A stretch of 25,505 nucleotides of DNA, taken from positions 1-25,505 of the forward strand of contig CAZKIR010000001.1 in the NCBI GenBank assembly GCA_964552835.1, written 5' to 3'. Every line of letters starts with the position of its first letter. Position 1 is the first letter of the stretch. This document shows positions 1 to 7,253 of the stretch, one piece after another. Source of the stretch: an uncultured Bacteroidales bacterium (lineage in GTDB: Bacteria > Bacteroidota > Bacteroidia > Bacteroidales > CAYFUP01). The notes below the pieces were generated by a model, which ran no database searches, was not told the DNA's origin, and worked only from the letters and a program-made list of their open reading frames with translations. The translations under genes were made by a program, and so were the position numbers.

Positions 1-1013
1 TTTTTTGGCACACGTTCCATCACCAGGTAATTAAACAAGGCCATGATACCCAGGAAGCCTTGTTCTTCAGGGTTTTGAGCGATCAAAAAATCAATAGTGC
101 CATTTTTTAAATAATGAACGCTTTCCTTTAACAAGTCATAGCCCACAAGGGTAACATCTTCCCGTCGGGATTCTTCCAAATACCTGGCTACCATGTAAAC
201 CTTTGAATTTGGGACAAATATAGCCCCTGTTTTGTTCGGCGCCGAGAAAAAATATTTTTCCAAGCCCTGGTAAACCAGGCCAATTTCGTTTCGCGCGATA
301 TCCAGTTGAACCGGTTCATTGCCAGGGGCAGTTCTATTATTGAAATAATCGCGAAAACCTTCAACCCTTTTTAGCAATGAATTTGAGGAACCTGTTTGCC
401 GCGCGATCTGCGCTATCAAAATCTGGCTATCCTCCCGCAAGCCAAAATCCGCCAAATGGGCAGCAAGATAGCCACTCTGGTATGTGTTTTGGCCAATATA
501 ACCCAAGTTGCCTTGCCCCTCCAGGTTTGAATCGATAAATACATAAGGTATCCTGGATTTTTCGAGCTTTTGGACAAATTCATTGGCAGGCCCGGGCGAA
601 ACAGGAGCCAACAAGACCCCATCAGGATTATAAGCCAAAAGTTTCTCGGATTGTTCCGTGAAAGAAGCTGTAAGGTTCATGTCAAAATAAAAGGCTTTTA
701 CCGAGGTGTTAAAATCTTTAATCTCCTCGGCGGCCCCTGCAATCCCCTTACGGGGTGCTTCCCAATAAAAATTGTCAGCACGGTGATCCGGGATTAAAAA
801 GGCCAAGCTAAAATGCTTTTTTAATGCCAGGGACCGCGCAAAAATATTAGGTTTATAGTTCAATCTTTCAATCACCTGCATAACTTTTTGCCGGGTTTCT
901 TCTGAAACTTCTCCCCGCTTATGCAATACCCGGTCAACAGTTCCCATGGAAACTCCTGCTAATTCAGCTATATCTTTAATCCTGGTTTTTCTTTTACTCG
1001 TGTTCATGGGCAT
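1..1013 (-). CDS. LacI-family transcriptional regulator, 3' end truncated by the window edge (start ATG 1013 or 1007)
   Basis: Translated by hand; absent from the ORF track because it has no stop in the window. The open frame from 1013 to the edge reads MPMNTSKRKTRIKDIAELAGVSMGTVDRVLHKRGEVSEETRQKVMQVIERLNYKPNIFARSLA (LacI helix-turn-helix plus hinge). A periplasmic-binding-protein-like domain follows (NPDGVLLAP, IPYVFIDSN, GYIGQNTYQSGYLAA, LVGYDL, IDFLIAQNPEEQG). Confidence 0.93.
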   Translation of the reverse strand, partial: MPMNTSKRKTRIKDIAELAGVSMGTVDRVLHKRGEVSEETRQKVMQVIERLNYKPNIFARSLALKKHFSLAFLIPDHRADNFYWEAPRKGIAGAAEEIKDFNTSVKAFYFDMNLTASFTEQSEKLLAYNPDGVLLAPVSPGPANEFVQKLEKSRIPYVFIDSNLEGQGNLGYIGQNTYQSGYLAAHLADFGLREDSQILIAQIARQTGSSNSLLKRVEGFRDYFNNRTAPGNEPVQLDIARNEIGLVYQGLEKYFFSAPNKTGAIFVPNSKVYMVARYLEESRREDVTLVGYDLLKESVHYLKNGTIDFLIAQNPEEQGFLGIMALFNYLVMERVPK

Positions 1014-1024
1014 GAAAAAGCATC

Positions 1025-1038
1025 CGTGTACGCACACG
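1025..1038. promoter_or_regulatory. Candidate LacI-family operator O1, CGTGTACGCACACG
   Basis: One mismatch from the perfect palindrome CGTGTACGTACACG and centred on CG, as LacI operators are. It lies 11 nt upstream of the regulator ATG at 1013. Confidence 0.65.
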
Positions 1039-1052
1039 ACTTCAATTTGTCA

Positions 1053-1060
1053 CAAAAATA
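1053..1060 (-). promoter_or_regulatory. Bacteroidota -7 promoter element (TATTTTTG) for the LacI regulator
   Basis: Matches TAnnTTTG on the minus strand. A TTTG candidate -33 element lies at 1083-1086, 22 nt away. Confidence 0.55.
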
Positions 1061-1100
1061 ACACATTCAATTGAATTATCTACAAAATCCACTAATTTTT

Positions 1101-1114
1101 CGTGCACGTACACG
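1101..1114. promoter_or_regulatory. Candidate LacI-family operator O2, CGTGCACGTACACG (flanked by TTTTT and AAAAA)
   Basis: Second copy, also one mismatch from CGTGTACGTACACG. The flanks extend the dyad to 1096-1119. Confidence 0.65.
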
Positions 1115-1202
1115 AAAAAAATGCCATAATAGCCGTATACACCATTAACCGTAGCTTTAAGAATGAATAGTCGATCGGTATAGTATTTGTAAAGGTTTAT
1201 TG

Positions 1203-1210
1203 TAATTTTG
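1203..1210 (+). promoter_or_regulatory. -7 promoter element TAATTTTG for the small-protein-mutL operon
   Basis: Exact TAnnTTTG followed by CA, 16 nt before the ATG at 1227. Confidence 0.6.
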
Positions 1211-1226
1211 CAAAAAACAAATCATC

Positions 1227-1508
1227 ATGGGATTAATATCATTTTTCAAGGTGCCCCGTTACAATAAATTCACTTACATGCCCCGGTATTACGACCCCCG
1301 GGCAGAGGAAAGGGAAAAACGGATTCGGCAGATAAAACGGGAAATGGGGATAAAAGAAGAGGGTGAACAACCATACGTGCCCAACATCAAAGGGCATATG
1401 GGCACTTATTTCAAGAAGCAAAGGCTTGAGAAGAGGTATTCAAACCTTCGTTTGGCTGTAATTATTATTATATTGTTCATTATTTCATATTACCTTTTCT
1501 TTGCCTAA
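1227..1508 (+). CDS. Small hypothetical protein with one C-terminal transmembrane helix
   Basis: 93 aa. Basic N-terminus with a PRYYDP motif, a charged helical middle, and a hydrophobic tail LAVIIIILFIISYYLFFA. It has its own promoter element and sits 40 nt before mutL. It resembles the small ORF I recall preceding mutL in other Bacteroidota. Confidence 0.8.
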   Translation: MGLISFFKVPRYNKFTYMPRYYDPRAEEREKRIRQIKREMGIKEEGEQPYVPNIKGHMGTYFKKQRLEKRYSNLRLAVIIIILFIISYYLFFA

Positions 1509-1548
1509 ACCAACGAACAAATAAAATAATCAAATTTTTCCGCTATCC

Positions 1549-3381
1549 ATGGCAGATATTATAAACCTGTTACCTGATTCCGTTGCCAATCAAATTGCTG
1601 CCGGAGAAGTTATACAACGCCCGGCTTCCGTGGTTAAAGAACTTATGGAAAACGCTATCGACTCGGGGGCAACAGAAATAAAACTCATTATCAAAGACGC
1701 CGGAAAAACGCTGGTACAAGTGATTGACAATGGTTGCGGGATGTCAGACACGGATGCCAGGATGGCATTCGAACGGCATGCCACGTCCAAGATCAAATCG
1801 GCCAACGACTTGTTTGCTATACGTACCATGGGATTCCGAGGCGAAGCCCTGGCCTCTGTTGCCGCCATTGCCGACGTGGAATTAAAAACCCGCCTGCATG
1901 ATCAAGAACTGGGCACTTACCTTCATATACAGGGTTCAGAAGTACTGGCCCAAGAACCCGCGCAATGCCAGGCAGGCAGTAATTTTTGTATTAAAAACCT
2001 GTTTTTTAACGTACCGGCCCGTCGAAAATTTCTAAAAACCAACCATACAGAACTCAAACACATTATTAATGAATTTCAACGGGTAGCCCTGGCCAATCCA
2101 GGTATTTCTCTCACCATGCAACTAGATGGCCATAGCATCTATAAACTCAAGCCCGAAAACCGCCGGAAACGGATCGTGGGCCTTTACGGGAAAACCATCA
2201 ATCAACATCTCATCCCCGTGGAAAGCGACACGGCCATCGCCAAGGTGAAGGGCTACATGGGCAAACCCGAGGTGGCCAAAAAACGCTTCGGGGATCAGTT
2301 CTTTTTCGTGAACAACCGGTTCATGCGCCATCCCTATTTTCACAAGGCTGTTACTGCCGCCTACGAGAAAATTTTACCATCAGACTATAACCCCTGTTAT
2401 TTCCTCTATTTTGATGTGGATCCGGATACTATTGACATTAACATCCACCCCACCAAAACCGAGGTAAAATTTGAAGACGAAAGGGCCTTGTGGCAAATCC
2501 TGCAAGCCTCCCTCAAGCAATCCTTGGGCAAGTTCAATATTGTCCCTTCACTGGAATTTGACAACGAACGGCACGTGAACGTCCCGGTTTTTGATAAAAA
2601 CAAGGAAATTGTACCCCCGAAAATTGAAGTAGACACGAGTTTTAACCCCTTTCAACAAGGACAAAAACAAAACGGGACATGGCAGCAAAACAAAAAAACC
2701 CCTGACAACTGGCAAGAATTGTACAAGGGCTTCGAAGAACACCCGGGGGAAGAAAATCATACCATTGAACCGTCTTCTATAAACGAAAACGAACCTGCCC
2801 AGGCGGTGGGGCAAGGTGAAAACCTGCTTCAATTCAAGAACAAGTACATCCTTACCCCGGTCAAATCCGGTTTAATGGTCATCCACCAGGGACGGGCGCA
2901 CCAACGGATATTGTTCGAACGCTTCATGCAATCCCTCCAGCAACACAAAGGCGTTTCGCAACAAAACCTCTTCCCGAAAACTTTTGAAATCAATCCCGGT
3001 GACAAGGCCATCTTGATGGAAATCATGGGGGAATTAAACACCCTGGGCTTTAATATCCGTGAATTTGGCGAAACAGCCTTCGTCATAGAGGGTTGCCCGG
3101 GCATATTAACACAAGAAGACCCGGTAGAATTAATCCGGCAGTTTATTGAAAACGTGAAAGAAACAGATCGGGACATTCTTCCCGAGGCCCACGAGCGGGT
3201 AGCCTACGCGCTGGCAAAGGCCGCCGCTATAAAAAGCGGGAAAAAAATGCACGGGCAAGAAACACGGGTACTGGTGGACCAACTATTTGCATGCGGGGTA
3301 CCAAATTACTCCCCATCGGGAAAACCAGTCATTGCCATTATCCAAACAGACGAGATAGACAAAAAACTAAAAAATTTTTAA
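1549..3381 (+). CDS. mutL: DNA mismatch repair protein MutL
   Basis: GHKL ATPase motifs NQIAAGEVIQRPASVVKELMENAIDSGA, DNGCGM, RHATSKI, GFRGEALAS; also LFFNVPARRKFLK and DINIHPTKTEVKF; C-terminal dimerisation domain present. Confidence 0.98.
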   Translation: MADIINLLPDSVANQIAAGEVIQRPASVVKELMENAIDSGATEIKLIIKDAGKTLVQVIDNGCGMSDTDARMAFERHATSKIKSANDLFAIRTMGFRGEALASVAAIADVELKTRLHDQELGTYLHIQGSEVLAQEPAQCQAGSNFCIKNLFFNVPARRKFLKTNHTELKHIINEFQRVALANPGISLTMQLDGHSIYKLKPENRRKRIVGLYGKTINQHLIPVESDTAIAKVKGYMGKPEVAKKRFGDQFFFVNNRFMRHPYFHKAVTAAYEKILPSDYNPCYFLYFDVDPDTIDINIHPTKTEVKFEDERALWQILQASLKQSLGKFNIVPSLEFDNERHVNVPVFDKNKEIVPPKIEVDTSFNPFQQGQKQNGTWQQNKKTPDNWQELYKGFEEHPGEENHTIEPSSINENEPAQAVGQGENLLQFKNKYILTPVKSGLMVIHQGRAHQRILFERFMQSLQQHKGVSQQNLFPKTFEINPGDKAILMEIMGELNTLGFNIREFGETAFVIEGCPGILTQEDPVELIRQFIENVKETDRDILPEAHERVAYALAKAAAIKSGKKMHGQETRVLVDQLFACGVPNYSPSGKPVIAIIQTDEIDKKLKNF

Positions 3382-3455
3382 CAATAGGGGAAAGCAAATG
3401 AGGCCTGAATTATAATATTTTTTACCTATTTTAGAATGCCAAAAAAAATTGTATT

Positions 3456-4295
3456 ATGAACGGACATTATGCTGGCAGGTTTGGAAACGTCCCCCCTGTC
3501 GTGAAAAACCTGATTATTATTAATGTATTAATATTACTGGCCAATTACGTGTTAAAGGGCACCCTGGGCATTGATCTAACCCGCGCACTAGCCTTGTATT
3601 ATCCAGGTTCAGAGCTTTTCAGGCCATACCAACTGGTAACGCACATGTTCATGCACGGAGGGCTTATGCACCTGTTTTTTAACATGTTCGCCTTATGGAT
3701 GTTTGGTAAAATACTGGAGGCCGTGTGGGGAAGTAAACGTTTTCTTATTTATTATTTCATCACTGGCCTGGGGGCCGCGGGTTTGCACCTGTTCGTTCAA
3801 TGGCTTGAATACTCGAGCCTGCAAGAAGCAATTACCGCTTACGCGAACACGCCTTCCGTGGATGGGTTCCTCCAATTTATCAGTGAGCATTTTTCACGAT
3901 ACCAATCCAGGATACAACAAGACCCCACGTTTAACTCGATCGTCACCAACTGGTCGAACAACCCTTCCAGCTCCATGTTGGCGCAACGATCCGTGCAATA
4001 CCTGAACTCCATCATGGACCAGTTGCAAATGATCCCGACGGTTGGGGCATCGGGTGCTGTTTTTGGGGTATTGCTCGCGTTTGGCATGTTATTTCCCAAT
4101 ACCCAGCTCATGTTGCTGTTCCCACCCATCCCCATCAAAGCAAAGTATTTTGTCATCATGTATGGCGCCCTGGAGCTGTATCTTGGTTTCAGCCAACCAG
4201 GAAGCAACGTGGCACATTTCGCGCACCTGGGTGGCATGCTTTTTGGTTTCATCCTCATCAAGTATTGGAACATGAACAGAAGGGATTTTTATTAA
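3456..4295 (+). CDS. Rhomboid-family intramembrane serine protease
   Basis: YQLVTHMFMHGGLMHLFFNM, catalytic VGASG (Ser codon 4050) and AHFAHLGG; several transmembrane segments. Confidence 0.95.
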   Translation: MNGHYAGRFGNVPPVVKNLIIINVLILLANYVLKGTLGIDLTRALALYYPGSELFRPYQLVTHMFMHGGLMHLFFNMFALWMFGKILEAVWGSKRFLIYYFITGLGAAGLHLFVQWLEYSSLQEAITAYANTPSVDGFLQFISEHFSRYQSRIQQDPTFNSIVTNWSNNPSSSMLAQRSVQYLNSIMDQLQMIPTVGASGAVFGVLLAFGMLFPNTQLMLLFPPIPIKAKYFVIMYGALELYLGFSQPGSNVAHFAHLGGMLFGFILIKYWNMNRRDFY

Positions 4296-4305
4296 TAAAC
4301 AAACT

Positions 4306-5190
4306 ATGGGTACGATAACAGAAGAAATAAAAGCTTCCTTTAAAGAAGGCAATAGCCTGGCAAAATTAATTTATATCAACCTTGGGGTTTTCGTGGTAGT
4401 AAAACTTTTCAAGGTTATCCTATTTTTGTTTAACGTGAACGCTGGTTTTGATCCAGTTCATTGGTTGGCCGTACCTGCCGACCTGGCAAAATTGATAACC
4501 CGGCCATGGACCTTGGTCACATACATGTTCTTGCACGAGGGGTTCTTGCATATATTATTTAACCTTCTATGGCTTTACTGGTTTGGAAAAATCTTCTTGC
4601 AATACCTTAGCGAGAAAAGTTTGCTAAACGTGTACTTGCTTGGCGGATTGGCCGGTGCCGGGCTATACATCCTGGCATTTAACCTTTTCCCGGTTTTCCA
4701 GGCCGCTGTCCCCGTGTCATTCGCCCTCGGGGCCTCGGCTGCCGTTTTGGCAATCGTGATCGCGATCTCGGTTTACACGCCTGATTATACCCTTAATCTA
4801 TTATTTATTGGCCCGGTAAAACTAAAATACATTGCCTTGTTCGTGGTAGGGCTTGATATCTTAAGTATTGCCGGAAGCAATGCGGGAGGGCATATTGCCC
4901 ACCTGGGCGGGGCCTTGTTCGGCTATTTCTTCGCGCGAAAAATTAACCGTGGCGAAGACATTACCAAAGGTTTTGGAAAATTTGTCGATACCGTGTTTAG
5001 CTGGTTCAAACCAAAACAAAAGATGAAAGTTACCCATAAGAAAGAGGCCACCGATATGGAATACAATAAAAGGAAAGCAGAGGAACAAGAAGAAATTGAC
5101 AAGATTCTGGATAAAATAGCCCTGTCAGGTTACAAAAGCCTCTCGAAACATGAAAAAGATATCCTTTTCAAAATGAGTGGCAAAAATTAA
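4306..5190 (+). CDS. Second rhomboid-family protease with a soluble C-terminal domain
   Basis: PWTLVTYMFLHEGFLHILFNLLWL, GASA (Ser codon 4735), GGHIAHLGG; C-terminal helical domain EEIDKILDKIALSGYKSLSKHEKDILF. Confidence 0.93.
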   Translation: MGTITEEIKASFKEGNSLAKLIYINLGVFVVVKLFKVILFLFNVNAGFDPVHWLAVPADLAKLITRPWTLVTYMFLHEGFLHILFNLLWLYWFGKIFLQYLSEKSLLNVYLLGGLAGAGLYILAFNLFPVFQAAVPVSFALGASAAVLAIVIAISVYTPDYTLNLLFIGPVKLKYIALFVVGLDILSIAGSNAGGHIAHLGGALFGYFFARKINRGEDITKGFGKFVDTVFSWFKPKQKMKVTHKKEATDMEYNKRKAEEQEEIDKILDKIALSGYKSLSKHEKDILFKMSGKN

Positions 5191-5203
5191 CATCCTATAG
5201 CCC

Positions 5204-6319
5204 ATGAAATTAAAAAAAATTACACGGGGCATCTTATTATACATCACCTATTTTTTCGCGGGGGGCATGTTATTGGCATATCTCTCGGTGCACGTGAGCC
5301 CGGCTGATTTTTTGTTGTTGTCGTTTGCCGGTCTGGTGTACCCGTTTACCCTGGTAGGAAATATTATCTTACTTGTAATTTGGGTATACAGAAAGGATTG
5401 GGCATTTATTATTCCTTTAACAATCACTTTAATCGGTTATAATTATATAAAAGCGCATTTTCAATTGCCTTTGTCGGCTGAAAAGAAAGAAAAAAGCCAT
5501 ATCCCAACCATTAAACAAGAAAAAAACCTTCATGTTACAAGTTACAATGTCCGCTTGTTTAACCGGTACAACTGGACGGGCAATTCCTCTTCCACTGACA
5601 GCATAACATTATTTTTGAAACAAAACGATCCGGATATCCTATGCCTACAAGAATATTATATAAACCCGGAAAACAGGTACCAGTCAGGCCATTGGAAAAA
5701 TGCCCACCGGTTCCTCAACTACTCGCACGAGCATTTCCTGTTCGAGACCGATGAAGGGGCAAAATATGGCATAGCTACTTTTTCAAAGTACCCTATCGTG
5801 CGGAAAGGATATTTTTTATTCGACAGTACTTCTAATTTATGCATTTTCACGGACATTAAATTTGACAATGATACCCTGCGCGTGTACAATAACCATTTGC
5901 AATCCATCAAGCTGCAAAAACAAAATTATGCCATTTTTAACAAGCTTAACTTGAGGGAAGAAAAACAATTAAAAGAAATAAAAGATCTATCCTACCAGCT
6001 TAGGACCGCCTTTATCAAACGGGCCGATCAAGTAGACATTATCTCCCAAAGCATCAAGGATTCGCCCTACCCGGTTATCGTGTGCGGTGATTTTAACGAT
6101 ACCCCGGTATCATACACTTATCACAAGATGAAAGGGCAACTAAAGGACGCTTTCATTGAATCAGGCCTTTGGACAGGCAATACCTACACGGGATTTTTCC
6201 CTTCTTTCCGCATTGATTATATTTTTTACAGCCAAGAATTGAAAAGCCGGGCATATAACACCCACCGGGTCAAGTTCTCGGATCATTACCCGGTAAGCTG
6301 TTATATTTTATTTGAATAA
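5204..6319 (+). CDS. Membrane-anchored endonuclease/exonuclease/phosphatase (EEP) family protein
   Basis: Three N-terminal hydrophobic segments, then EEP motifs SYNVR, DILCLQEY, NNHLQS, CGDFND, RIDYIF and SDHYPV, all intact. Confidence 0.92.
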   Translation: MKLKKITRGILLYITYFFAGGMLLAYLSVHVSPADFLLLSFAGLVYPFTLVGNIILLVIWVYRKDWAFIIPLTITLIGYNYIKAHFQLPLSAEKKEKSHIPTIKQEKNLHVTSYNVRLFNRYNWTGNSSSTDSITLFLKQNDPDILCLQEYYINPENRYQSGHWKNAHRFLNYSHEHFLFETDEGAKYGIATFSKYPIVRKGYFLFDSTSNLCIFTDIKFDNDTLRVYNNHLQSIKLQKQNYAIFNKLNLREEKQLKEIKDLSYQLRTAFIKRADQVDIISQSIKDSPYPVIVCGDFNDTPVSYTYHKMKGQLKDAFIESGLWTGNTYTGFFPSFRIDYIFYSQELKSRAYNTHRVKFSDHYPVSCYILFE

Positions 6320-6320
6320 T

Positions 6321-6345
6321 GGGGGTTAGAAAAATCTAACTTTTT
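6321..6345 (+). terminator. Weak intrinsic terminator after the EEP gene
   Basis: GTTAGA-AAAA-TCTAAC hairpin (6325-6340), extendable by G.U pairs, followed by TTTTT. Confidence 0.4.
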
Positions 6346-6347
6346 AT

Positions 6348-6355
6348 TATACTTG
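6348..6355 (+). promoter_or_regulatory. Possible -7 element TATACTTG for dapD
   Basis: One mismatch to TAnnTTTG, followed by CA, 21 nt before the dapD ATG. Confidence 0.35.
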
Positions 6356-6376
6356 CATTGAATTAAAACAAGAAAA

Positions 6377-7198
6377 ATGTTACAAGAAGCGAAAACACTT
6401 ATAGAAAAAGCTTGGAAAGACCGGGAAGAACTTCAAAAACAAGAAACCCAAGATGCCGTAAGGCATATTATTGATTTACTCGACAAAGGAGAACTGCGGG
6501 TTGCCGAACCAACCTGTGCCAACGAGTGGGTGGTGAACGAATGGGTAAAAAAAGCCGTATTGCTTTATTTTCCAATCCAAAAAATGGAAACCATTGAGGT
6601 TGGCCCCTTTGAATTTCATGATAAAATTGCCTTGAAAAAAGGGTACAAGGACAAAGGGGTACGGGTTGTACCCCATGCCATCGCCCGATATGGCTCATTT
6701 TTGGAAAAAGGGGTTATCATGATGCCTTCTTTCGTGAACATTGGGGCGTATGTAAAAACAGGCACGATGGTAGACACCTGGGCCACGGTAGGCTCATGCG
6801 CGCAAATCGGGCAAAACGTGCACTTGAGCGGTGGCGTGGGCATCGGTGGTGTACTGGAACCGCCCCAGGCCGCGCCCGTGATAATTGAAGACGGGGCTTT
6901 TATTGGTTCACGGTGTATTATCGTGGAAGGCGTGCACGTGGAAAAAGAAGCTGTTTTGGGCGCGAACGTGGTAATTACAAAATCCACCAAAATTATTGAT
7001 GTAACAAATCCTGAGCCAAAACAATACAAGGGAATCGTGCCAGCCCGCTCGGTCGTGATCCCGGGCTCCTTCATCAAAAAATTCCCCGCGGGGAACTATA
7101 ACGTGCCATGTGCGCTGATTATCGGGCAACGGAAAGAATCAACCGATTTAAAAACATCACTTAATGATGCTTTACGGGATTATAATGTAGCCGTTTAA
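6377..7198 (+). CDS. dapD: 2,3,4,5-tetrahydropyridine-2,6-dicarboxylate N-succinyltransferase
   Basis: WVVNEWVKKAVLLYF, RVVPHAIARYGS, MPSFVNIGAYV, MVDTWATVGSCAQIG, HLSGGVGIGGVLEP, SLNDALR. Confidence 0.97.
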   Translation: MLQEAKTLIEKAWKDREELQKQETQDAVRHIIDLLDKGELRVAEPTCANEWVVNEWVKKAVLLYFPIQKMETIEVGPFEFHDKIALKKGYKDKGVRVVPHAIARYGSFLEKGVIMMPSFVNIGAYVKTGTMVDTWATVGSCAQIGQNVHLSGGVGIGGVLEPPQAAPVIIEDGAFIGSRCIIVEGVHVEKEAVLGANVVITKSTKIIDVTNPEPKQYKGIVPARSVVIPGSFIKKFPAGNYNVPCALIIGQRKESTDLKTSLNDALRDYNVAV

Positions 7199-7253
7199 TT
7201 AGTAGTGCCTTACCTTTTACCATGGCGGACATTAAACAATTAATTTTAACCTC

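Noticed and set aside
416-797. ORF-track ORFs 416-622 (-) and 570-797 (+)
   Set aside because: Off-frame or antisense shadows of the LacI regulator, whose frame is open from 1013 to the edge.
3401-3409. AGGCCTGAA shared with the porU hairpin arm (14130-14138)
   Set aside because: A single 9-mer match without the second arm is within chance for 25 kb.
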